From: an uncultured virus (IMG/VR IMGVR_UViG_3300027780_000008)
Lineage: Duplodnaviria; Heunggongvirae; Uroviricota; Caudoviricetes
Virus record (IMG/VR): IMGVR_UViG_3300027780_000008
Direction: 5' to 3' (one strand)
DNA length: 64,000 nt
Position numbers and translations under genes: made by a program. The notes beneath the pieces were generated by a model. It saw nothing but the letters and a program-made list of their open reading frames with translations, was not told the DNA's origin and did not search any database. Positions 27,417 through 37,318 of this stretch are shown here, one piece after another (the stretch's first letter is position 1; each line of letters opens with the position of its first letter).

Positions 27417-29309
27417 TTATACAATCTGAGCACCACCAGCGAACGTAAAGTTCATTGTGTAATACATTAATTCAGGATTAAATCCAGCATCTACTAAAGC
27501 GAATCTTGATTTAACTGCAATTTTAGGAGCCATAGTTCCTTCAGCAATTGTTTCAACTGATTCAGCCATTAAGTAAGGCATAAATACAATACCAGGAGAA
27601 TTACCATCACCTTTACGTCCTACACAAATTGTATAGTCATTAAAAGCTCTGTTAGGATCTACATAAATTGTTACCCCAGCAATCGCACCGATTGGATATA
27701 AAGATCCACCAGCTTGGTTAACTGTATTAGATAACGGATATGCAATAAATCCAGCTACAGATTGAAGAGCAGTTGCCATTTCTCCACCTGTTACTGCAAA
27801 CGTTGCAGGTCCTCTTCTTCCTCTAGTAGCAATTAAGTTACTTGCAGCAAGAATTTTAGTATAGATTCTACGTTGTAGAGTTCCTTGTGTATTACCACCA
27901 CCAGCAGTTACAGCACCTAATACAGCAACAGTTGCAATTGCATTGTTGACGTTGTTAGGTCCTAAAGGTAGGGCAGCATTCGCGACAGGTGCAGCAGCAG
28001 CAGTAAATGCTTCTGATAAAACAGTACCTGAGACAGCTTGAGTATTAACAGCGTTTGTTACACCGTTTCTAAATATTCTGTCTAGAATGTATTTGTTAAT
28101 AGATTGAGTTAACTCATTTACCAATACTGCTTCAACTTGAGCTACAGCATCAATACCGAATTGCTTCAGATCTTGAACTTGTTCTCTAGTTACACCAGCA
28201 GCTACTTGGAAAGTATCAGCGGCAACAGATTTGTTAAATAAAGTTAATCCCATGATGTTATCAACAGTAGACTCACCTACACCTCTAAGGTAAGGATCGT
28301 TTCCGTTCATATTCTCAGTTGCAAAACCAGGAGCACCAGCAGCAGGGTTGTTAGTTGGTTGAAAAGCATTACCAGAAAAACCAGTAATATGATCTTCTAA
28401 CGCTTTAACATGTCCTAAACCAGAACCACCATTAGCGGCAGTTTGGAAAGTACCAGCGATTCCCATAGTTGCAGAACCTACACCACCCGTTTGAGTAGCA
28501 CCAGCAAAACCAGCTTGAGCAGCACGAGTTGCACCAGCAGCAGGAGCAGCAGGCCAACCAGCAGCACCAGCTCTAAAGAAGTTACCACCTTGTACAATTG
28601 CTACGTAAATAGATTCAGCAGCACCTTCTCCACCTTGTGTGAACGTGTTAGCGATTCCATTGAATCCTGCAGCGTTAATAGCAGCAGTTGATGATCTTAC
28701 TCTAAAAATTGATAAACCATCGATTCTAGAATAACCTACAAAAGTTAATTCGTAAGAAGCACCATTAGTTGCAACTACACCAGATGCAGTACAATAGATG
28801 ATGTCATTTACTGTAAAGTTAGAACTAACACCATTAGCGTCAATTGCATTAACTTTAATTAGTAAAGAAGTACCTACTACATCTTGACCTCCAGTTAGTG
28901 GAGCTCCAGTTGTTCTACCTCCACCATAAACAAAGTCTAGGTAAGTTAAAACGCCCATTGGGCCTTGCATTGGTACTACAGGAACTAAGTCTAAACCTAC
29001 AGTCTGTGCTGCTACTTGCATTGCAAGTGGTAACAAAGAAAAAGGTCTGTCACCAGATCCAGTTACTTGTGCAGGGAATGCATTCATTGATCCAGGATTT
29101 CCTGGTAATGTTGCGTTACCCATACTTTGAACATTCATGTTCGGGTTAAGGTGTACAGTATTGTAAACACTTTCATTAAGGTTATGGTAATGGCAATACT
29201 TAGACATCCAAGCTAACTTAGATTTTTCAGTAATTCCAGTACTTTCCTCAATAACAGGTCCCCAAGTCTTTTGAACCTCAGCCTCATTGATTAATTGATT
29301 TGCGTACAT
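27417..29309 (-). CDS. gp23: Major capsid protein
   Basis: DLVPVVPMQGPMG, EQVQDLK, L.NELTQSINK.I, IATRGRRG, VYVDP-like IYVDP, PGIVFMPY, PKIAVKSRFAL. Confidence 0.95.
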   Translation of the reverse strand: MYANQLINEAEVQKTWGPVIEESTGITEKSKLAWMSKYCHYHNLNESVYNTVHLNPNMNVQSMGNATLPGNPGSMNAFPAQVTGSGDRPFSLLPLAMQVAAQTVGLDLVPVVPMQGPMGVLTYLDFVYGGGRTTGAPLTGGQDVVGTSLLIKVNAIDANGVSSNFTVNDIIYCTASGVVATNGASYELTFVGYSRIDGLSIFRVRSSTAAINAAGFNGIANTFTQGGEGAAESIYVAIVQGGNFFRAGAAGWPAAPAAGATRAAQAGFAGATQTGGVGSATMGIAGTFQTAANGGSGLGHVKALEDHITGFSGNAFQPTNNPAAGAPGFATENMNGNDPYLRGVGESTVDNIMGLTLFNKSVAADTFQVAAGVTREQVQDLKQFGIDAVAQVEAVLVNELTQSINKYILDRIFRNGVTNAVNTQAVSGTVLSEAFTAAAAPVANAALPLGPNNVNNAIATVAVLGAVTAGGGNTQGTLQRRIYTKILAASNLIATRGRRGPATFAVTGGEMATALQSVAGFIAYPLSNTVNQAGGSLYPIGAIAGVTIYVDPNRAFNDYTICVGRKGDGNSPGIVFMPYLMAESVETIAEGTMAPKIAVKSRFALVDAGFNPELMYYTMNFTFAGGAQIV

Positions 29310-29416
29310 TATTTAAAATTATTTTTCGCATTTGTGAAACATATCTTTTATGTTTCGTTTTATAATCGCCTGAGCTCTTTTCTTCTTAGCTATTCGATTA
29401 ATATTGTTAGATTAAG

Positions 29417-31129
29417 TTATCTACCTAATCTGAATTTCATTTTGTTGATTAAATCTGCAGAGAAGCTTTCATTTAATAATGGTTCAGCTTTTACAGAAGC
29501 AGATTCAGCAGCAGTTTTACTTTCATTGATTGATTCTAAACTCATTTGAGTATTTCTTAGATCTCTTGTTTGCCAGAAATTGTTAATAGCATAAGGAGTA
29601 CCTAAAGAATGAAATTTAGCTTCAGCAATAATTTGTTCTTTTCTATTTTCTGAAAGAGAATTCCATTTATCAGAATATTTTGATGGCATATCATTAATAA
29701 AGTTAATTTCTTTTCTTTCAGTAATAAAACATGATTCCCAAACGTTTTCAGCTTGCACAGTTGACATAATAGAATCTTTGTTCATTGATTCAACTAATAA
29801 AGCTTTTTTGTTATCTTCTAAAGAATCAAATTGATTTTTTTTAGATTCTGATAGGAAATTCATAAAGTGCATTTCAGAAAGATTTTTAGTTTCTGCTTTA
29901 GAAATTAAGTTTTCTAATTTTTCACTAATAGTATCTTTATAAGATTTAGTATCTTTAACAGTTTCAACTGATTCATTAATAGATTCTTCAATTGTTGCTT
30001 CAGATGATTCTTCGTTAATTAATGTTCCATCAACAGTAGTTGCATTTTCAGCAATATACTCAGAGTATTTAATAGATTTGTCTAAACCTTCTCCAAGATA
30101 TTCAGAATAAGCAATATTTTGATCTACCTTTTCAGCAACATACTCAGAATATTCGATTCCTTTTTCTAAAGATTCTCCTAAATAATTAGAATATTGAATT
30201 CCTTTATCTGCTTGTTCAGCAACATGTTCAGAATATTGAATAGTCTTATCTAGTTCTTCACCTAAGTAAGAAGAGTAATTTTTAATTTTATCTACATTCT
30301 CTGCTAAGTAATCAGAGTAAGAGATACTTTTGTCAAGGTTTTCTGATAAGTATTCAGTATAATCAGTTACCTGATTTACTTTCTCTGCAATATGCTCAGT
30401 ATAATTAACCAATTTTTGAATTAGTTCATCACTGTTTGAATTTGCAGATTCCTTAACACCATCTAATGTATTCTTTACATATTCGGTGTACTTATTGAAA
30501 TCCTCAACGGTTACAAAGTTTCCTGAGTTATTTTCCATTGTTAGATCTGTTTTATTTGTTTTATTTATTTCATCTTCAGTTTCAGCCATTTCATAAATGT
30601 ATAAACCTTCAGTATCTCCGAAGCCATAAGATTCATTTACTTTAGATAACTCAGCATTTTCAAATCCTGGATCAGCAACTAAATCATATGTAAAGAATTT
30701 TTTAATCTTAACTTTACCAGCCTCATCAACAGTACCAGCAGCTCTACTTGAAATATGCAATGGTATACCATCTTCTATTAATGCTTGAGCCTCTTTACCT
30801 TTTGACGTATTGAGTAATCTTATTCTTCCTAATACTTGTTTCTTTCCTTCATCGTATTTTAAATCTTCGATAACATGAGATACATTTGATAAACTAATAT
30901 CAAAATCCTTAGGGTGGTCAAGTTCACCTAACAGTTTGTTAGTTTTTACTTTTTCCTGTAATTCTTTAATATGAGGAAGTACTTCAGCTTCTTCATAAAT
31001 TCTATTATTTTTATTCTTTACTCCGATCTCAGTAAATACTCCTTCAAGTACCACAGAGCCATCGGCATCTTTAGTCATACTTAAATTAGACTTAGATCTT
31101 TCTAGAATTAAAAGTTTCTTATTAGACAT
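29417..31129 (-). CDS. gp21: Prohead protease (gp21) fused to a scaffold domain
   Basis: LEGVF....KNKNNRIY, LGELDHP, ISSRAAG, YDLVADPGF; C-terminal acidic coiled coil with 14-aa YSEY(L/I/V)xE repeats. Confidence 0.92.
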   Translation of the reverse strand: MSNKKLLILERSKSNLSMTKDADGSVVLEGVFTEIGVKNKNNRIYEEAEVLPHIKELQEKVKTNKLLGELDHPKDFDISLSNVSHVIEDLKYDEGKKQVLGRIRLLNTSKGKEAQALIEDGIPLHISSRAAGTVDEAGKVKIKKFFTYDLVADPGFENAELSKVNESYGFGDTEGLYIYEMAETEDEINKTNKTDLTMENNSGNFVTVEDFNKYTEYVKNTLDGVKESANSNSDELIQKLVNYTEHIAEKVNQVTDYTEYLSENLDKSISYSDYLAENVDKIKNYSSYLGEELDKTIQYSEHVAEQADKGIQYSNYLGESLEKGIEYSEYVAEKVDQNIAYSEYLGEGLDKSIKYSEYIAENATTVDGTLINEESSEATIEESINESVETVKDTKSYKDTISEKLENLISKAETKNLSEMHFMNFLSESKKNQFDSLEDNKKALLVESMNKDSIMSTVQAENVWESCFITERKEINFINDMPSKYSDKWNSLSENRKEQIIAEAKFHSLGTPYAINNFWQTRDLRNTQMSLESINESKTAAESASVKAEPLLNESFSADLINKMKFRLGR

Positions 31130-31175
31130 CTTTCTAGTATTAATTTGATTTATATATTACAACTCTTAATAGTTT

Positions 31176-32822
31176 TTAGATATCAGCTAATGGATCATCA
31201 TCTATACCATCACTTTTTTCCTCAGGCTTAAAATCATCTTTATTCGCACCTAAAAGGATCTTTTCAATATCTTCCTCTTTATAACCTGCTGTTGAAAGTT
31301 CTTCACGTTCTTTTGCTCGGGCATTTGCTTTAATATCATCACGTGTAAATCCACCATATCTCTTAATTAAGAATCCTAAATCAAAGTATGGTATTTCTTC
31401 CATTTCAGCATTCATTGTGCTTAATTGAGTTTTTAGATTACCAATAAAATCAACACGTTTTGTTTGGAGTTCCATTTCTTTCATTTCTTCGAATACATTA
31501 TCCTTTATAAAATCTAAACCTAAACCAGCTTTAAATGCAATATCATTTTTTAATTCAGGATGGTTAAGACACATTTGAAGATATACAGGCTTAACTAATA
31601 TTTCTTGGAATATTGATCTTAGTCTTGATATAAACCTTCCAAACTTAATTTCATCCCTTAACATACCACTTGCCTCCATATCATATGTATTACCACCTTC
31701 TCTATCAAATCTAGAAAATGGTATCTTAGATGCAAGTTGTAATTTATCAGAAAAGTATTTTAAAGATTCAGTATCACCTAAATCTGGTCCGTCACCACCA
31801 ATTGTTTGAATCTCTGGTGATTCGCCATCCTTTGATGGTAACCAATATTCTTTATTAAACGGCATCATTGGTTTACCGTTAGTTTGTATTTCACCGCTTT
31901 CAAAATTAAAATCTACAACCTCTCGGTATGAATTCATTAATGTTGATAGCGATTGTTTTGCTCTAGTTTTAGATTTACCACCAACTGGGATAGTAAATTG
32001 AGTTTTAAATGAAGCATTTGACACAGCCCAAATAATTCTACTATGTTCCATTATTCTTAATAAATTAAATGATCTAATTAATCTTTCAACATATGATATT
32101 CTCATTGGAGAATTAACTTGTGAATATGAAATGTATATTATTTGTGAATCCCATAATTGTCTTTCCTTTCCACCTTCACCTTTATATTGAATCCAGACTT
32201 TTTTACCATCTTCATTATCAATACCTGGCATTAATGATATTGGATCTAATTCTTTAAATCCTATAATTTCAGTTTGTTTATCATTATAAACTATCTCAAA
32301 TGCAAGATAACCATCAATTAACCATTTTCTAAAATAGTTCCAAGGCTGTACTGCATCATTAAAACCAATATAATTGTAGATATTATTATATACATCGCTA
32401 ATTTCTTCTTCTATAGATTCGCCAATATGACCATTAAATTCAGCATAAGCCATAAAATTTGATTCATCAAATACAATAGCCTCATCAGTTAATACATCTA
32501 AAATATCTTCAATCTCATCTTGTACTGCAAACGTTCTAAGTTGATCTCTTTTTCTAGTATAGTCTTGATCGAAAAATGCAATATTTTTCTTTAATGTAGT
32601 ATCTGTTAATGATAGCGCAGCAAATGCACCATACATATCATCACTATCAGATCCCATAGGATTAAATGAATAACCCATTTGATTTTCAGTAAATCCTACT
32701 GCACGAGAATTACGAATGATCATATCATCATAAGCCATTCCTAAATTAGAAAGATCTTTAAGGATCTTTCTTACTGGATTACCTGTACTTAAAGGACCTC
32801 TTCTATCTGTAAAACCTGCCAT
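31176..32822 (-). CDS. gp20: Portal protein
   Basis: EIEDI...L.DEAIV, FRKWLIDG, SYVER..R.FN.LRIME, EYWLP.KDG...EIQT..G, IPFSR, RDEIKF.RFI.RLR..F. Confidence 0.95.
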   Translation of the reverse strand: MAGFTDRRGPLSTGNPVRKILKDLSNLGMAYDDMIIRNSRAVGFTENQMGYSFNPMGSDSDDMYGAFAALSLTDTTLKKNIAFFDQDYTRKRDQLRTFAVQDEIEDILDVLTDEAIVFDESNFMAYAEFNGHIGESIEEEISDVYNNIYNYIGFNDAVQPWNYFRKWLIDGYLAFEIVYNDKQTEIIGFKELDPISLMPGIDNEDGKKVWIQYKGEGGKERQLWDSQIIYISYSQVNSPMRISYVERLIRSFNLLRIMEHSRIIWAVSNASFKTQFTIPVGGKSKTRAKQSLSTLMNSYREVVDFNFESGEIQTNGKPMMPFNKEYWLPSKDGESPEIQTIGGDGPDLGDTESLKYFSDKLQLASKIPFSRFDREGGNTYDMEASGMLRDEIKFGRFISRLRSIFQEILVKPVYLQMCLNHPELKNDIAFKAGLGLDFIKDNVFEEMKEMELQTKRVDFIGNLKTQLSTMNAEMEEIPYFDLGFLIKRYGGFTRDDIKANARAKEREELSTAGYKEEDIEKILLGANKDDFKPEEKSDGIDDDPLADI

Positions 32823-32841
32823 ATTGTTATTTTTTATTATT

Positions 32842-33408
32842 TTATATATTCTTGTAGTATAATGATTGTGCTTGGTTTATATTTCCACCAAAAAATTGAT
32901 CTTCATTATTTACTGCTCCAATGTACCAATTACCATATCCTATCACATAAGGATTTTTCATTCTGTCCATTCTATACTGTCTTACACAGTATGTTAAATT
33001 ATATTTTTTACCTAGTGCTCTTTTTAAAAATTTCCATTGAAAGGTTGGAATAGGATCTTCTTTTAATGGATCTTCTTGTTTCTTACCTTGTATTTGAGTA
33101 AATAAAGTTTTAGTTAATTCAGTTAAAAATGGAATTCTAGCTTCATACGGCATATAATGTAAATTAATACCTAATTGGTGGCCATCATCAGATTCACCTA
33201 AACCTATTACTAAGGGTTTTGTATCATAAAACAATTCTTCTGTTGTGTAATAATTAAAACAATACATCTTACCTGGTAGTAAAGAACCTGAGCTTTTAGC
33301 ACCTATTAATTTAATATCATCAATTGATCTTTTGGATGCACCAGTCCTACCTTTACTTTCAGTAAGGTAAATATTAAGGTCATTTGTAAATCTATGTTCT
33401 AATGCCAT
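32842..33408 (-). CDS. gp2: DNA end protector protein (gp2-like)
   Basis: PGKMY.F.Y, FYD..PLVI, GINLHYMP...R, CVRQY. Confidence 0.8.
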   Translation of the reverse strand: MALEHRFTNDLNIYLTESKGRTGASKRSIDDIKLIGAKSSGSLLPGKMYCFNYYTTEELFYDTKPLVIGLGESDDGHQLGINLHYMPYEARIPFLTELTKTLFTQIQGKKQEDPLKEDPIPTFQWKFLKRALGKKYNLTYCVRQYRMDRMKNPYVIGYGNWYIGAVNNEDQFFGGNINQAQSLYYKNI

Positions 33409-33884
33409 TAAAATAAATTTGATTCTTCTGTTAGTAACATTACTTTACAATTTCTTTCTTTTGCCATTTTATTTAAAGCATTAGTTTTACATAAATTTCT
33501 AACATATGATTCATATGCATATTTAAAATTTTTTAATGCCTTTGCTGTTTTTCTCTTAGGTTCTTTTGGTTTTTGTAACTGAGCCTTAGGTTTTATTTCA
33601 ACAACGTATTCTTGTGTAGTATCTCCCTTTTTCATCTTAAAGAAAAAGTCAGGATAATACTTATGCCATCTATTATCTAGTAAATTAAAATAAGGAATAG
33701 AGAAAGGTTCAGAGATCCAATAAATAACATCTTCATTATAATCACACCAATGGCAAAACTTTCTTTCCCAACTACTTCTGTATATAATAGGATCTCCTCC
33801 TCTATACTTCTGAGGAAACTTCGGTTTATAATAACCTTGTTTAAATCCAGATTTAGATGTAGGTTTTACCTTTTTTATACTCAT
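33408..33884 (-). CDS. gp4: Head completion nuclease (gp4-like, TnsA fold)
   Basis: QG.YKPK.PQKYRG, IIYRSSWERKF, W.SE...IPY, HKYYPDF, VEIKP..Q. Confidence 0.92.
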   Translation of the reverse strand: MSIKKVKPTSKSGFKQGYYKPKFPQKYRGGDPIIYRSSWERKFCHWCDYNEDVIYWISEPFSIPYFNLLDNRWHKYYPDFFFKMKKGDTTQEYVVEIKPKAQLQKPKEPKRKTAKALKNFKYAYESYVRNLCKTNALNKMAKERNCKVMLLTEESNLF

Positions 33885-33890
33885 ACAACT

Positions 33891-34256
33891 TTATATCGTA
33901 TATATGCCTTCGCTGTCAGCACTACCATTAATTGAAACGGTACCGTGATATTTTTTAGGATGTAATTTATTCCAACCTTTTGCAAAACCTCTTTTAGCTA
34001 TCTCAGTAAAATAAGCAAATGCATTTGTACTTTTTTCTGGATTAAAATTTCTCCAATATCTATAAAGATCCATATAAGCATAAGCAATACAATCTTGCCT
34101 ATCTTCTGGGTTTCTATATGTTAGCTTCATAGAACATTTGTCTGCCAATAGCATTAAGAATTCTAAGGCCTTTGGTGTGAGCTCATCCAATTCTTTAGAT
34201 AATACTATCTGATCTAGGAGGTCTCTGTTGTTTAGATAATTTCTTTTTCTTGCCAT
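33891..34256 (-). CDS. gp55: Late transcription sigma factor (gp55-like)
   Basis: NYLNNRDLL, YWRNFNPEKSTNAFAYFTEI. Confidence 0.85.
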   Translation of the reverse strand: MARKRNYLNNRDLLDQIVLSKELDELTPKALEFLMLLADKCSMKLTYRNPEDRQDCIAYAYMDLYRYWRNFNPEKSTNAFAYFTEIAKRGFAKGWNKLHPKKYHGTVSINGSADSEGIYTI

Positions 34257-34287
34257 TAACTTTGATTTATTTATTATTTATATACAA

Positions 34288-34323
34288 GAATGAACCGATT
34301 GTTTAAATTCAATCGGTTCATTC
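34288..34323. promoter_or_regulatory. 14-bp perfect inverted repeat (terminator and/or operator)
   Basis: gaatgaaccgattg-tttaaatt-caatcggttcattc; overlaps the class-M promoter of gp55. Confidence 0.65.
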
Positions 34324-34351
34324 AATATATTATTATAGTTAGGCTTGTTTA

Positions 34352-36232
34352 TTAGATACTTACAGAAAGATCAGACTTAGGAACTACTACACCTTTGCCG
34401 TTTTTAGGAATAATAATACTTAACATATCATCATCTCCTAGAGAAGCATACTCTTCAGCACTTACTAAAACTTCTTGGCCTTTTTTTAGACCTTGTCCGC
34501 TCTTTTTGACTGTTGCTTCTACGAAACCGTCGTTCAAATAGTCAGTCTTACTTTTTTTTTCAGTAATATAACTATCAGCTAATTCCTTTTCCTTAGCTTT
34601 ATGCTCTTCAGCTAAAAGATTTAAAGCTTCAGATAATTCATCAGTTGCACCTAATTTTTTAATTGCAGCTTCTACTTCAGATTTCTTTTCTTCTAAAAAG
34701 GTAAGAGTATCAGAAAGTTCTTTTCTTTTATTTTCAATGATAGCCTTTTCATTATTTTCTGAAATTAGTTTTTCAGAAAGAATTGGAGAAATATCAAAAT
34801 TAATAAATTCCATTACCGCATCAACAGTTTCTGTTGCAGTATTAAGCTTTATCATTTCATTTAATTGCATACCAGGATTTACTTTATTAATATAGATACC
34901 TTCATCTACACTAATCATAGTTAAAAATACATCTGCAAATTCTTGATTTTGTATTGTAGTAAAATCATCTAGTTCACAAACTAAATCAACGCTTTCAAAG
35001 AATTTACAAATTTTATCATTTTGCCATTGGTTTTTATAACCTGAAAAGTTAGTTGCCAATAATGTTTCTTTTAGTTCGATTATACTTACATTAGATAAAT
35101 TAATTTTACCCATGCTTAAAGTTCCTTCAGTAATGTCGTAAGTTAATGTTTTACCATTATCTCCATGTAGTGAAAGAATATCTCCACTTCGTGTAAACAT
35201 TTTTAATCCTTCAGATACATCGAAGAATCTTGTATCAGTTACATTAGCTTCAACAATAGATTTTCCATTAAAAGTATAATTCTTGTTATGTAATTGAAAA
35301 GTTAAACCATTTTCAGATTCTAAAACTGGAGAAAGAATTTTTACAATTTTTCCGTTTGCAGTAGATGCTACTTTTTGATCTTCAGCATTCATTTCATTTA
35401 CGATTTGCTTAACATCAACTGACCAAGGATTCTTAGCAGCAATTGCAGCAAATTTAGATTTAACATCTGATTCATTTAATAAAGAAACTAAATCATTATT
35501 TAATGATTCAATTAATTTACCCTTTTTCATTGATGTTCTTTCAACAGATTCACTGATTCTAAATTGCCATTTAGCATTATTATAAGATTCCATTATATAC
35601 TCTCTTAATTCAGAAATTGGATTTAACCAAGTTGACTGAGATAGTTTAGTATACAGGTTTCTTGCAATTTTAAATTTAAGATTAGGGTCAGTAGAATTTT
35701 CTAATTCTTCGCTGATTGCAGAAAGGTCAGCATTTTTTAATTTCATAGGGAATGCATTTAATGCTTCCTCTAAAACAGTTAAGGATTCTTTAACAGAATA
35801 TGAAACTCTGGAATTATCATTATCCATTGCTTTCAATCCGTTAATACTATCCATAACGTTCTCATACAGATCGGTAATTGTAAAGTTCATATTGTTATGA
35901 TTTTTTTGATTATTATTTTCAGTGTATATATCGGATGGGGCTTGTTGCTGTTCTCGATATTTTGCTATTGTTGAAATTCCCATTTGCTGAGGGATTCCCA
36001 TTCCAACCAAAATAGCTAATACTTGTTCATCTGTCATTGGGCCTTCAGTTAAAACTTTACCTTTACCATCTGGTTTAGTTTTACCACTTTGACTGAATAA
36101 CACATGGATTATATCCATTAGCTGTTGCCTTGGCTTGTTTAAGTAGGGAGCATCAGTATCAATACCTGCTTGGGGATTTATTCCACCATCGGTATATACC
36201 TGAGTTTGTCCTTCGTTCATTGTGTTTTTCAT
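34352..36232 (-). CDS. Putative prohead core/scaffold-like virion protein
   Basis: 626 aa with many (I/L/V)-x-E sites typical of gp21 substrates; C-terminal coiled coil; late-type motifs. Confidence 0.5.
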   Translation of the reverse strand: MKNTMNEGQTQVYTDGGINPQAGIDTDAPYLNKPRQQLMDIIHVLFSQSGKTKPDGKGKVLTEGPMTDEQVLAILVGMGIPQQMGISTIAKYREQQQAPSDIYTENNNQKNHNNMNFTITDLYENVMDSINGLKAMDNDNSRVSYSVKESLTVLEEALNAFPMKLKNADLSAISEELENSTDPNLKFKIARNLYTKLSQSTWLNPISELREYIMESYNNAKWQFRISESVERTSMKKGKLIESLNNDLVSLLNESDVKSKFAAIAAKNPWSVDVKQIVNEMNAEDQKVASTANGKIVKILSPVLESENGLTFQLHNKNYTFNGKSIVEANVTDTRFFDVSEGLKMFTRSGDILSLHGDNGKTLTYDITEGTLSMGKINLSNVSIIELKETLLATNFSGYKNQWQNDKICKFFESVDLVCELDDFTTIQNQEFADVFLTMISVDEGIYINKVNPGMQLNEMIKLNTATETVDAVMEFINFDISPILSEKLISENNEKAIIENKRKELSDTLTFLEEKKSEVEAAIKKLGATDELSEALNLLAEEHKAKEKELADSYITEKKSKTDYLNDGFVEATVKKSGQGLKKGQEVLVSAEEYASLGDDDMLSIIIPKNGKGVVVPKSDLSVSI

Positions 36233-36287
36233 ATTACACTTATTTGATTTGTTTTATATATTCTAAGTCTTGACTGTTAATTGCTTA

Positions 36288-37289
36288 TCACTTTCCAAAG
36301 CCATCATCTACACTTCCTAAGCCTGATTCATCTACTTTTGGTATTGCATCTGCGTTTCTATAATTTAAGCTTTCTAATGATTCAGGTACTATTGGGGCTG
36401 ATGTTAATATTGTTTCTGAATAAGGACCACCTGTTTGAATAGAATCTGGGTTAATGTATCCTTTATTACTAAAAGTTCCACTAGGCTGTACTTTTAATAA
36501 GCTTTCTTGTGACATTTCAAATTTTTGGAATAATCCACCAAAGTAAATACCTATTTCATTATCAATACCTGATCTTAGCATACCTACACCTTGTGCAGTA
36601 GGGTTAGCTTTAATTGCAGCCTTAGTCATAAGACTAACTTCAGGTATTAAAATACCCTGTTCAAACACTGGCATAAATGAAGAAACTTCTATTGGAAAAG
36701 TTACACTCCATTCTTTTTTATCATTTAATTGGAATTCAAATAATCTATTTTGTGTATAATCCTCAGGGACTGCAAAAGATGCCTGTACCCTCATCATACC
36801 TAAATCTACTTGAAACAAATTATTTTTATATAATTTGCTCATAAGTGATTCAGTTACTTTTAACATTTCTAAATTGGATGAACATACTATTGTACAATCA
36901 AAAGCCATATTTAATGGTAAGAAATTTGTTTCTAAAGAAAATGTTTTTAATACACCTTCCCACTCTTGAACAAATTCACCTCTAGCAAACTTATTTGTTT
37001 GATTACCCGAATCTATGGATATACCTTGTAATTGTATTATACCTCTTGGAACTGTCTCATAATCACCTATAGCTTTACCGTTAGCTTCTGCATCAAAAAG
37101 GAAATTATCCATTAAAAATCTACCATCTCCTGTTATTGAATAAAAGAAAGGGACTGGTATTTTCTTTAAAGTATCTTCATCTATTTGATTATAATAGTAA
37201 ACTTTATCTTTCAGATCTGCTAAAAGAGCTACTATCATATAACGTAAGATTGTGTTGTCCTTATTATATTCCTGATTATATGCTGACAT
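36288..37289 (-). CDS. Tail sheath stabiliser/terminator (gp15-like)
   Basis: ILR..IVAL, IPVPF.Y, VPRG.I....I..D, PLN..F; late-type motif upstream. Confidence 0.6.
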   Translation of the reverse strand: MSAYNQEYNKDNTILRYMIVALLADLKDKVYYYNQIDEDTLKKIPVPFFYSITGDGRFLMDNFLFDAEANGKAIGDYETVPRGIIQLQGISIDSGNQTNKFARGEFVQEWEGVLKTFSLETNFLPLNMAFDCTIVCSSNLEMLKVTESLMSKLYKNNLFQVDLGMMRVQASFAVPEDYTQNRLFEFQLNDKKEWSVTFPIEVSSFMPVFEQGILIPEVSLMTKAAIKANPTAQGVGMLRSGIDNEIGIYFGGLFQKFEMSQESLLKVQPSGTFSNKGYINPDSIQTGGPYSETILTSAPIVPESLESLNYRNADAIPKVDESGLGSVDDGFGK

Positions 37290-37318
37290 CTATGATATTA
37301 ATTTTTCTTGTAGTATAT

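Noticed and set aside
29320..29402. Structured RNA element in the gp23 leader
   Set aside because: Short hairpins (gaaacata/tatgtttc, taatcg/cgatta) exist but are weak and AT-rich; they cannot be supported without covariation data.
30040..30420. CRISPR-like or non-coding repeat array
   Set aside because: The 42-bp periodicity is degenerate at the DNA level and reflects 14-aa protein repeats; there are no identical repeats with unique spacers. No CRISPR array was seen in the window.
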